From positions 205,106-269,105 of the IMG/VR virus record IMGVR_UViG_3300037067_016777: DNA of 64,000 nucleotides. One strand, 5' to 3'. The position numbers were made by a program, and so were the translations under genes. Source of the stretch: a virus. Its lineage: Duplodnaviria > Caudoviricetes. Positions 7,572-15,649 of the stretch are shown here, in pieces (position 1 is the stretch's first letter; each line of letters begins with the position of its first letter). The notes under the pieces were generated by a model. That model made no database searches. It was not told the DNA's origin and saw only the letters and a program-made list of their open reading frames with translations.

Positions 7572-10430
7572 ATGCCGACCTACCTTTCGCCGGGAGTTTA
7601 TCCTAGGGAAATAGACCTTAGTGCAGTTACTGGCCAAACTGGGCCGCTTCGTGCGGCATTTGTTGGAACTGCCAAAAAAGGTCCTCTGAATACTCCAGTC
7701 TTTGTAAGTGGTGCTCAACAGGCTATCGACACATTCGGAGAGCCGTTTGTCGATAGTTATCTGATGTATGCAGTCCTCGCCTATTTGGAGGAAAGCAATC
7801 AAGCATATGTCATTCGGGTTGGTATTGAATGCCAAGATGGACAGCCTGTAGAATTAGGCGATGTTTGTATTGATACTTCTGGATCTCGGGTGAACGGATG
7901 GGGTCGGATTCCAGTATTCACTGGTATCGATTACGGCAAATTACTTATGCGAGCTGTGTCGACAGCTTCGCCCGTTGTCTTTCATGATGCTGCTGTCGAG
8001 AACATAACGTTTACTGATGTTAGTGTGTCAGTTACTGATGGGCCAACCAGCGCAACATTGCAATTCACCGGCGAAACCGATCTAAGCGATAGCTATACTG
8101 GTTGCACTGACGACACTTTTTCATTATTCATTACTGGCGCTTCAGACGATGGATACATGATAAAGGGAGCAACATTCCAGCTATTCCGCAGCCGCGATAA
8201 TGCATTGATGGTTAGTGGTACTTTGGACGAGAAGGTAACGGGGGCTACGAGCACCAGTACTAATATTGTAATCGGTGACGGTCTTGAATGCAACATTCTT
8301 GTTACTGATGGCCGCCTTGACACCAATGACGTATTCTCGTTCACAGCAAAACCGTACAACAGAGAGCTAGAAGTAGAGGTTGAGGGTGTTGGTGGCACTT
8401 ATATTATGCCAGTTGCTACCTATACTTCAGCAGACACTCTAGTTGCCGCAATCAATCTGCTAATTGCAACTGAGGATTATGTTGCTGTTGCAGATACTGT
8501 TGCTAGTGTTGAATATCCAGAATTGCGTACGAAGGTTGCTGGGGATCGTATTCAGTTGATAGGATCATGTGCTTTTGCTTCTGAGGTTGGAGTGCAGCAA
8601 TATGCTTATGACATTCCACGTAGTTATTTGTATGGCTCTGATGCTGAACCATTTTTCATCAACAGCCAAAGTAATCGTGTAGCAATCGACATAATCCCAG
8701 CAGATAGAAGCGACACTATCAGTGTCGCTTTTACTATTCCTGTCGGAACGAATTTGTCAGCTACAACCATAGCAGCGGCCATTAATGGCAATGGGACTTA
8801 TGCTGGCGAGACATACTTTACATCATTTGCTATCACCGCTCCTGGCGATATTCCGCATGTTGTTGTTGTAACTTCAGATGGACATAGGCTTGATCAGCTC
8901 TATTTGAAGGCTAATTACTCCAACCTTAAGACATTGATGTTTGCCGAGGAAATCGGTGTACTTTCTCCTTACACGAAAGCATACCGTGGGTTTTCTGACA
9001 GTCGCGTGTCGCTGCCTGATACTGGTGAAATCACGCCATCTGTGCCGTTATCTTGCGAATTAGCTCCGAGCGGACCAGATTGTGCGCTCGACACAGCTTA
9101 TTTCGCCAATATTGTCGGATGGTTTGTCGCATCGAGCGCTGGGACGTGGTTGGACGATTACACTCTGACGCTCTCACTGCAGACTCAAATTGCAGGCAAT
9201 GCGGCTGCACGTTATCAGTTAACTATGACTGATCCAGACGGTGCTACTGCCGAGAGCATTCAAAATCTCAGTTTCGATAAGACTGACGATCGATATATCG
9301 GTAATGTTTTGAATCCTGGCTCCGCTTACGGTGGAGTTAGTGGTAATGAGTTTATCAATTGGGAAGATCGGCCATCATTCTTAAATAATGATGAACTTGA
9401 TCCAAGTACCTACGAAGTTAGGCAGCCTGCACAGTTGTCGAAGCAGATGTTTGTTGGTGGTACTAATGGCATACCGGTAGATCCAGCATATTCGAGCGAA
9501 TTGGATGCTGCGATTATTGGTAATGCACAAGATTCAAGCGGCATGTATGGTGTGCAGAACTCTGAGACTTATGACATTAATTTGCTGGTAGTTCCAGGGA
9601 TGACATCTGGTGCGGTCATTGGCCAAGGATTGCAACTGTGTGAAAGTCGTGGCGATACCTTGTTTGTCGTCGATCCGCCGTTCGGTCTTCGCCCACAGCA
9701 GGTTGTCGATTGGCATAATGGGATGTTGTTATCTGATCTTTCAGCTGCAATCAATAGCAGTTATGGTGCATTGTATTGGAGCTGGGTGAAGATTTATGAC
9801 CAGTTCAGCAAGCAATACATTTGGGTTCCACCATCTGGTCAGGTTGCTGGAGTTTTTGCTCGTACTTCCAATGTGGCAGAGCAATGGTATGCCCCTGCTG
9901 GTATCAATCGCGGAGTTTTGAATACAGCATTGGACGTTGAATACAACCCAAGCCAGGGAGAGCGTGATCTGTTGTATGGTAGTGGTAATGCTGTCAATCC
10001 ATTGGTATCATTCCCGAAAGATGGTATCGTGGTTTTTGGGCAGCGAACACTGCAACGATCTACCACAGCACTAGATAGAGTAAATGTGCGGATGCTGTTA
10101 ATTTACTTAAAGAAGAATCTGATTCAAACGCTCAGATCATTTGTGTTCGAGCCAAATGATGCTACTACTTGGGCGCAGGTCAGAACGCTAGTTAATCCAT
10201 TTTTGGCAGATATCCAAGCACGTCGTGGACTTGACGCTTACAACGTGGTTTGCGACGAGTCAAACAACACACCGGCGAGACGAGACCTTAACCAATTGTG
10301 GGTATCGGTTTTCATTAAGCCGACGAGAACTATCGAATTCATCGTGCTTAATCTCGTTGTGATGCAGTCTTCAGCTTCCTTTAGTTCAGAGGAAATCTTG
10401 GCTGCTGGTGGTGTCGTAGTAAGCGGGTGA
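7572..10430 (+). CDS. gp18: Contractile tail sheath protein (T4 gp18-like)
   Basis: N-terminal YLSPGVYPREID; C-terminal WYAPAGINRG, GQRTL, RVNVRMLL, FVFEPND, IKPTRTIEFI. Confidence 0.95.
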   Translation: MPTYLSPGVYPREIDLSAVTGQTGPLRAAFVGTAKKGPLNTPVFVSGAQQAIDTFGEPFVDSYLMYAVLAYLEESNQAYVIRVGIECQDGQPVELGDVCIDTSGSRVNGWGRIPVFTGIDYGKLLMRAVSTASPVVFHDAAVENITFTDVSVSVTDGPTSATLQFTGETDLSDSYTGCTDDTFSLFITGASDDGYMIKGATFQLFRSRDNALMVSGTLDEKVTGATSTSTNIVIGDGLECNILVTDGRLDTNDVFSFTAKPYNRELEVEVEGVGGTYIMPVATYTSADTLVAAINLLIATEDYVAVADTVASVEYPELRTKVAGDRIQLIGSCAFASEVGVQQYAYDIPRSYLYGSDAEPFFINSQSNRVAIDIIPADRSDTISVAFTIPVGTNLSATTIAAAINGNGTYAGETYFTSFAITAPGDIPHVVVVTSDGHRLDQLYLKANYSNLKTLMFAEEIGVLSPYTKAYRGFSDSRVSLPDTGEITPSVPLSCELAPSGPDCALDTAYFANIVGWFVASSAGTWLDDYTLTLSLQTQIAGNAAARYQLTMTDPDGATAESIQNLSFDKTDDRYIGNVLNPGSAYGGVSGNEFINWEDRPSFLNNDELDPSTYEVRQPAQLSKQMFVGGTNGIPVDPAYSSELDAAIIGNAQDSSGMYGVQNSETYDINLLVVPGMTSGAVIGQGLQLCESRGDTLFVVDPPFGLRPQQVVDWHNGMLLSDLSAAINSSYGALYWSWVKIYDQFSKQYIWVPPSGQVAGVFARTSNVAEQWYAPAGINRGVLNTALDVEYNPSQGERDLLYGSGNAVNPLVSFPKDGIVVFGQRTLQRSTTALDRVNVRMLLIYLKKNLIQTLRSFVFEPNDATTWAQVRTLVNPFLADIQARRGLDAYNVVCDESNNTPARRDLNQLWVSVFIKPTRTIEFIVLNLVVMQSSASFSSEEILAAGGVVVSG

Positions 10431-10450
10431 CAGTCCGACGCGACGAATAG

Positions 10451-10483
10451 ACGGGAGGGCCAGCTTTCGCTGGCCCTCTTCGT
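10451..10483 (+). terminator. GC-rich hairpin after the sheath gene, possibly a bidirectional terminator
   Basis: gggagggccagc-tttc-gctggccctctt stem between the convergent sheath and HNH genes. Confidence 0.65.
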
Positions 10484-10502
10484 ATAAAGATATCACACTT
10501 GA

Positions 10503-10655
10503 TTTAGATAAGCATGGACGGCATCGGTCAAGTGGCTATATAAGTGGTTCACTAAAATTATCAATAATCTGTTGATGGTTTAGATAAGTGCGAACAGCAT
10601 CGGTTAAGTGGTTATCTACAAGTGGCTCGCCAAAAGTATCGATAATCTGCTGATT
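10503..10655 (-). repeat. Tandem duplication (about 76-78 nt units) of a tail-sheath-like coding segment at the 3' end of the HNH gene
   Basis: tttagataagcatggacggcatcggtcaagtggctat (10503) versus tttagataagtgcgaacagcatcggttaagtggttat (10579). The distal copy has a 2-nt deletion that creates the HNH stop codon. Confidence 0.85.
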
Positions 10656-11663
10656 GCTTGTGATAACGATGTTGTTGTGTGGGCATCTACCATAGAGGCC
10701 CTTAGCTTTATTACAATTTGCACACAAAAGCTGCAAATAATCTGGATAATCATTAGCGATAATCCAACTAGCAGTTACCTGTTTAACCTCTTTGCGATGT
10801 TCGTTACCATCGTTGTTGATATGATCAAATTCTAAGAAGGCCCAATTAGACTCACCGCAGCAAACGCATTTACCACCGTAATGAGCAATAGCTTTTAATC
10901 GTATTTTGCGATTTTTGTTGTATGGTATAATATCTTTACAATGAGGACAAACTTTGTAATTAGCAACACCGCGATTACAATTCGCACACAATATTCTTAG
11001 ATCAGTTGGGAATTTATGTCTTATTATCCAACTCATCATATGCATACCAACTAGACGTCGATGACGCTTGCCGTCGCCGTTAATGTGATCTACTTCTAAA
11101 AATTCGTAAGTTGTCTCACCACAGCATGCGCATTTTGCACCATAACGATCCAGAACTTTTTCACGGTCTCGACGCCATTTGCGTTTGCTAGCTTCTACGT
11201 GAATGTCGTTACATTTCTTACAGCGTATTGATTCGTCAACAGATAAGTCAACGCCACATACTATGCATTGATTTTTTGCTCTGCGGTCATTGTATCGCTG
11301 CATAATAATCAACGTTTGATAAGCTGTATGGCTAGCACAATAAATCTTGCCTGGTAATGGTGCTTTGCCACATCTAGGGCATAATCCTTTTGCAATCCAG
11401 CGCTTATCATGGACGATGCGTTCTCTTTTGCCTTTCTCTTTACACTTATCGCACATTTTGCCTTTTGTGATGTGCTTCCCACACAAGCAAACTCCTATGG
11501 CTTGTCTGGCTTTCCGAGCAGCCTTTCGTCTCTCGCTTTTCCTGGTCAGACATTTAGAGCACGACGACTTCTCCGAATCGCGAGGACCACCGCACATCAA
11601 ACATAAGTTATTGGTGATACGGTGCTGACGCTGGAGAGGATATTCAGTTTTGCGATCTTTCAT
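10536..11663 (-). CDS. Free-standing HNH homing endonuclease-like protein with N-terminal CxxC repeats and two HNH domains
   Basis: Two copies of YG.KC.CCGE....FLE.DHIN.DG..HR...L..LCANCN, plus several CxxC zinc knuckles. Antisense between the sheath and tube genes. ATG 11663 preferred over the ORF-track start at 11693. Confidence 0.8.
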   Translation of the reverse strand: MKDRKTEYPLQRQHRITNNLCLMCGGPRDSEKSSCSKCLTRKSERRKAARKARQAIGVCLCGKHITKGKMCDKCKEKGKRERIVHDKRWIAKGLCPRCGKAPLPGKIYCASHTAYQTLIIMQRYNDRRAKNQCIVCGVDLSVDESIRCKKCNDIHVEASKRKWRRDREKVLDRYGAKCACCGETTYEFLEVDHINGDGKRHRRLVGMHMMSWIIRHKFPTDLRILCANCNRGVANYKVCPHCKDIIPYNKNRKIRLKAIAHYGGKCVCCGESNWAFLEFDHINNDGNEHRKEVKQVTASWIIANDYPDYLQLLCANCNKAKGLYGRCPHNNIVITSNQQIIDTFGEPLVDNHLTDAVRTYLNHQQIIDNFSEPLI

Positions 11664-11783
11664 GACGCACCTATGGTGAAAATGAACGTCCAATGATTAA
11701 ATACATTTCCACAAACATTGAAATTATGACGAGGGTCTTGCCCATCAATTTGGTGGTCTAACCAACCTCGAAGGAGGGTCTTC

Positions 11784-12290
11784 GTGCCAGGCTTCAACAT
11801 ATGTGGTACAGGTAGCGGGCCAGCCTCCAATTTGGAGACTCGTAGAAAACATCGCTGGGTTTTTCGAACCCTTGGTGATATTAGCTCCGCAGCTTTGCTG
11901 GTCTTACAATCAGCATCGCGGCCGAACTTTAAGTTCGCAGAGCCAGAAATGCACCATGACCAGGAAGTAGCTTACTTCGCGGGTAAGCAGACCTGGGAGC
12001 CGGTGAGTATGAAGTGGTATGACGTTGAGCAAAGCCCAGATGTGTCAGATACAATCTACGTGTGGTTGAACACGGTTTGTGAATTGACCACGGCCACTGT
12101 AGCTGCTCCATCTGTTTACAAGAAGCAAGCTACTTTGGAGATGATTGGTGCTTCTGGCAACACCACAGAGACTTGGACGATGTGTAATGCGTGGCCCAAG
12201 GAAGTGAACTGGGGTGACTTGGATTATACGGCGACTGATATCGTGACGATTGAAGCGACGTTGCGATATGATCGCGCTATGAAGAATTAG
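11784..12290 (+). CDS. gp19: Major tail tube protein (T4 gp19-like)
   Basis: AGKQTWEP...YKKQATLEM...ETWTMCNAWPKEVNWGDLDY...LRYDRA; strong SD AAGGAGG and GTG start. Confidence 0.9.
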   Translation: MPGFNICGTGSGPASNLETRRKHRWVFRTLGDISSAALLVLQSASRPNFKFAEPEMHHDQEVAYFAGKQTWEPVSMKWYDVEQSPDVSDTIYVWLNTVCELTTATVAAPSVYKKQATLEMIGASGNTTETWTMCNAWPKEVNWGDLDYTATDIVTIEATLRYDRAMKN

Positions 12291-12318
12291 TAATTGGTTC
12301 TTCGACGACAGAAATACC

Positions 12319-12365
12319 CGGCCCCACCACATCAAATCTAAAATGTGGTGGGGCCGATTTTATTT
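12319..12365 (+). terminator. Rho-independent terminator after the major tube gene
   Basis: Perfect 14-bp stem cggccccaccacat / atgtggtggggccg followed by attttattt. Confidence 0.8.
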
Positions 12366-12377
12366 GGAGACACTCAA

Positions 12378-12893
12378 ATTCCAGGCTTCAATATCGGCGA
12401 CGTCTATAGTTCTGAAGCACCAACAGCCAAGATCGAGTTGGCGCGCCAACATCGTTGGAAATTTGCGACCTTGGATCCATTGAAAGCAATACTAATATAT
12501 GCACATAAATCCGGCAGACCAAAAATAGAAATCGATAGGGCGACATTACATCATCAACAAGATTGTATTTATTTTCCTGGTAAACAGAAATGGTTGCCAA
12601 TTGATATAACTTTCTATCACACAGTTGGCAGTACTGATTCTGCTTTTGAGATATATAAATGGTGGTCGACAAATGTTATAGATATTACTAAATCTGTGAT
12701 TAGTTTGAAGAAACAAACATGTACCTTGGAATTGCTTGATGGCAATGACGCTGTAGTTTATAAATATATGATATATGGTTGTTGGCCGTCCAAAATTACA
12801 CCAGACGAACTAGATTATGCTTCGTCAAAGATTAGTGAAATCACATTTACGCTTGAAATGGATAAGGCAATTGAGCTACACGAGGAAGGGTAA
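12378..12893 (+). CDS. Tail tube paralogue 2 (gp19-like), probable ATT start
   Basis: (I/M)PGFNIG aligns with MPGFNICG of tube 1. SD GGAGA lies 7 nt upstream of ATT 12378. The ORF-track GTG at 12345 sits inside the terminator stem. Confidence 0.8.
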   Translation: MPGFNIGDVYSSEAPTAKIELARQHRWKFATLDPLKAILIYAHKSGRPKIEIDRATLHHQQDCIYFPGKQKWLPIDITFYHTVGSTDSAFEIYKWWSTNVIDITKSVISLKKQTCTLELLDGNDAVVYKYMIYGCWPSKITPDELDYASSKISEITFTLEMDKAIELHEEG

Positions 12894-12898
12894 TCGAA

Positions 12899-13444
12899 AT
12901 TCCAGGATTTATTGTTGCAACTGATGTTGGTGCCGGAATTGCTGCCACAGAGAACAGCTTAAAACCTGTTTATCAATATACCTGGGAAATTTTTAATCTG
13001 TTTGAAGATACACGCAACTTATTCCCAACAAAATTATTAGCTAAGGATGCTACATTACCAACATTTACTATCGCTAAAGATACGACAGATGGATCGTCTC
13101 TAGTCTATAAATATGCTGGGATGGTTACATGGGAAGATGTCAGGATTACTTTTTATGATGTTGTGGTTGATTCTTCTAATAGGGCGTCAGATATTATTAA
13201 GAGCTGGCGCGAAAGAGTGTGGTCAGCCGATACAGGTCTTAAAAGTCCAACAGATTACAAAAAAGATTCTATTATAAAAGTATACAATTTAGATTTTACA
13301 TCTGTGACAACATGGACTTTACACGGCAGTTGGCCGCAGATTGTCAAAGAGGGCGATTTGACATATACCGCAACAGAAGTGAAAGTCATTGAGGTTACTG
13401 TTGCGTATGATTGGGCCGATTCAATATCAACAGATGAAGAATAG
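12899..13444 (+). CDS. Tail tube paralogue 3 (gp19-like), probable ATT start
   Basis: Frame is open from TGA 12872 through the ORF-track ATG at 13121. It reads (I/M)PGFIV...YTWE...KYAGMVTWEDV...YKKD...WTLHGSWPQ...GDLTY. No ATG/GTG/TTG lies upstream of the PGF motif. Confidence 0.8.
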   Translation: MPGFIVATDVGAGIAATENSLKPVYQYTWEIFNLFEDTRNLFPTKLLAKDATLPTFTIAKDTTDGSSLVYKYAGMVTWEDVRITFYDVVVDSSNRASDIIKSWRERVWSADTGLKSPTDYKKDSIIKVYNLDFTSVTTWTLHGSWPQIVKEGDLTYTATEVKVIEVTVAYDWADSISTDEE

Positions 13445-13508
13445 TATAGAAAATCTCTAATTTGGTAGATATAATCTAGGCAACATAAACTTGTTTCATA
13501 GGTGAATT

Positions 13509-14501
13509 ATGTCAGATCGCGTAGAAGAAGAAGTTCGTCTTACTAGTAGAGAAATCCAACAGCCGCAAGAAACTAAGATATTGACTGAAAAGCCAGTTTC
13601 CGAGCTATCTAAGTTGGTCGGTAATGCAACATCAGATATAGATATTGTTGATATTATTTCAAGAGCTTCGCCTGAGCAACTTATTCCATGGGAAGAGACG
13701 ACTCTTCCTAGTAAGGGTTTATACTATGGTTGGTCGTCTGGTGTAGTATCTGTCAAGGCGTGGTCTGCAAAAGTCGATAAAATCTTAGCTACTGCGAGAT
13801 TAGCACAGACTGGCCAATCAATTGACTATATGCTTCAAGAATGTTGCCGTTTCCCTGACGGTTTCGATATTCAAAATATGCTGGTTGGTGATCAGATTTA
13901 TTTATTATATTATCTTCGTGGCATTACACACGGTAATATTTATGAGTTTGCTTCAACCTGTCCAAACGAGCAATGCCAGCAAGCTGCTACTAATACTGTT
14001 GATTTAAATGATCTTGTTTCTACTATTGTTTGGGCAGATGAATCATTGGGCAACGAGCCATTCAAGATTACATTGCCATATTTGAGCAAAACAACGGAAA
14101 GAGAAATTACGGCATCGATTAGATTTCTGCGAGTACACGATGCTAACACTATCCAAAGAGCAAAAAAAGCGAAGAATATGTTAGTTGGTGGCTCAAGGGC
14201 TAAGATTAAGCCGCGAGAACGTGCTAGACAAATTGTAGATCATAGCCACGACGAAGTAGTACTAGACGATTTAGTGACACAAAATATCGAAACTGTAATT
14301 GTCGATATTATGGGTGTCAATGATAGATTTAAGATTAAAAATATTGTTAATAAAATGCACTCTACTGATATTGCTGTTATTAGAGAATGGTTATCTAATC
14401 ATACTCCAAGTATTGAGACTACGATTGAGATACAATGCGCACATTGTAATGAATCTTATCGTACAATGCTACCAATTACAGAATCCTTTTTTCGTCCGTA
14501 G
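13509..14501 (+). CDS. Baseplate hub / tail assembly chaperone (T4 gp26-like)
   Basis: LPSKGLYY, GDQIYLLYYLR, CP..C, and C-terminal CxxC...LPITESFFRP; follows the tube genes. Confidence 0.65.
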   Translation: MSDRVEEEVRLTSREIQQPQETKILTEKPVSELSKLVGNATSDIDIVDIISRASPEQLIPWEETTLPSKGLYYGWSSGVVSVKAWSAKVDKILATARLAQTGQSIDYMLQECCRFPDGFDIQNMLVGDQIYLLYYLRGITHGNIYEFASTCPNEQCQQAATNTVDLNDLVSTIVWADESLGNEPFKITLPYLSKTTEREITASIRFLRVHDANTIQRAKKAKNMLVGGSRAKIKPRERARQIVDHSHDEVVLDDLVTQNIETVIVDIMGVNDRFKIKNIVNKMHSTDIAVIREWLSNHTPSIETTIEIQCAHCNESYRTMLPITESFFRP

Positions 14502-14532
14502 GTCCCACGAGCAATGCGAAAAGGAGTGGGAA

Positions 14533-14715
14533 ATGCTGATGGAACAGCAATTTGCATTGCGATGTGGAGTTGGCGGGACCGGAGAACTTACACTCTTCGA
14601 GCAAAACTCCATGACTGGTGAGGAACGTGCTTGGTGGTATAAGAAATTGGAAAGGACTGCAGAAGAGCGTAATAAAAAAGAATCTGCATCGACACCAAGC
14701 CTACCGCATCACTAA
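14533..14715 (+). CDS. Small gp51-like tail assembly protein; may also be the +1 frameshift extension of the upstream chaperone
   Basis: QFAL......L.E..SM..EER.W....L....EE pattern; SD AAGGAG precedes ATG 14533; the frame is open across the upstream stop. Confidence 0.55.
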   Translation: MLMEQQFALRCGVGGTGELTLFEQNSMTGEERAWWYKKLERTAEERNKKESASTPSLPHH

Positions 14716-14740
14716 TAATCTGTCGGGGTCTCTACCCTAG

Positions 14741-14749
14741 CAAAGATAT
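14741..14749 (+). promoter_or_regulatory. Candidate late promoter element (AAAGATA family); representative instance
   Basis: AAAGATA also occurs in intergenic DNA at about 2205, 3183, 10486 and 47329 (+) and 61496-61502 (-). Confidence 0.4.
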
Positions 14750-14771
14750 TGAAATAAGGTGAGGTGAATGC

Positions 14772-15647
14772 ATGGCCACATATCAACGAATTTCTGCTAG
14801 ACGTGGTAATACAGTCCAGCTTGATACACGATTTTTACGTGGTGGTGTAGCAACTGCACCATACGCAATACGGAAAGTAGAAATATACAAGACACAAATA
14901 ATTCCATCGAATTTAATTGCTACGTTTGTCGTAGTTGATCCGTGCGATCCAAATTATCCATCTCCAGTCGAGTATATTAGAACGAATACTCCATGCGGGC
15001 CATGTGGAACAGAAGGAGAAGAAGGTGTAATTGTTCCTGGTGAATATAGATTATTGTTAGAGATACCAGCAGATGCAGCTGTTCCAGACATTTACTATGA
15101 CGTTTGGTATTATATGCCAACAAACCCCTGTGAAATGGAAGAATTTGCATCGTCGTGTATTGTCGATACTGCCGGTTGTGTTCAATATCCAGATCTTGAT
15201 GATCCACTATTAAGCGGTCTTATAATACAGTCTTGTAATAGATTTTGGGTTTATTCAGACGATTGGGATGTTCAGGACGGTTTAACTGCAATTAGACTTG
15301 GATTTGAGCCGCTTGATCAAAAATTCCAACAACCAGAACTTCGACCGTTAGAAATTGGCATTATGCCATTACCATTATATGATTACGATTTTAACCTAGT
15401 TGCTCCAATTTTACCACAATTGACTGGCACTATTACAATCTCGACTGAAAATAACGAAATATTAGTAGAAGAATATCCACTTACTCTTGGATTGCGACAA
15501 GGATCGTACCGCTCTAACCCATATGTATTCCGTTATATGGTCGATTCGATGCAATTTCTAAAAGGAACTTACCAGTACAAAGTAACTGCAATACTGCCTG
15601 ACGGAACAACTCGGACTAGCAAGACATTTATTTTAACGATATCATAG
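14772..15647 (+). CDS. Hypothetical, probably virion structural protein (Cys/Pro-rich)
   Basis: SD GAGGTG; located in the tail module. Confidence 0.55.
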   Translation: MATYQRISARRGNTVQLDTRFLRGGVATAPYAIRKVEIYKTQIIPSNLIATFVVVDPCDPNYPSPVEYIRTNTPCGPCGTEGEEGVIVPGEYRLLLEIPADAAVPDIYYDVWYYMPTNPCEMEEFASSCIVDTAGCVQYPDLDDPLLSGLIIQSCNRFWVYSDDWDVQDGLTAIRLGFEPLDQKFQQPELRPLEIGIMPLPLYDYDFNLVAPILPQLTGTITISTENNEILVEEYPLTLGLRQGSYRSNPYVFRYMVDSMQFLKGTYQYKVTAILPDGTTRTSKTFILTIS

Positions 15648-15649
15648 TT

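Noticed and set aside
7263-10655. Short duplications at 7263-7343 and 10503-10655 considered as mini-CRISPR arrays
   Set aside because: Only two adjacent degenerate copies each, with no spacers and no cas genes.
12345-12377. GTG start for tube paralogue 2 as given in the ORF track
   Set aside because: It lies inside the terminator stem without an SD; paralogue alignment places the start at ATT 12378.
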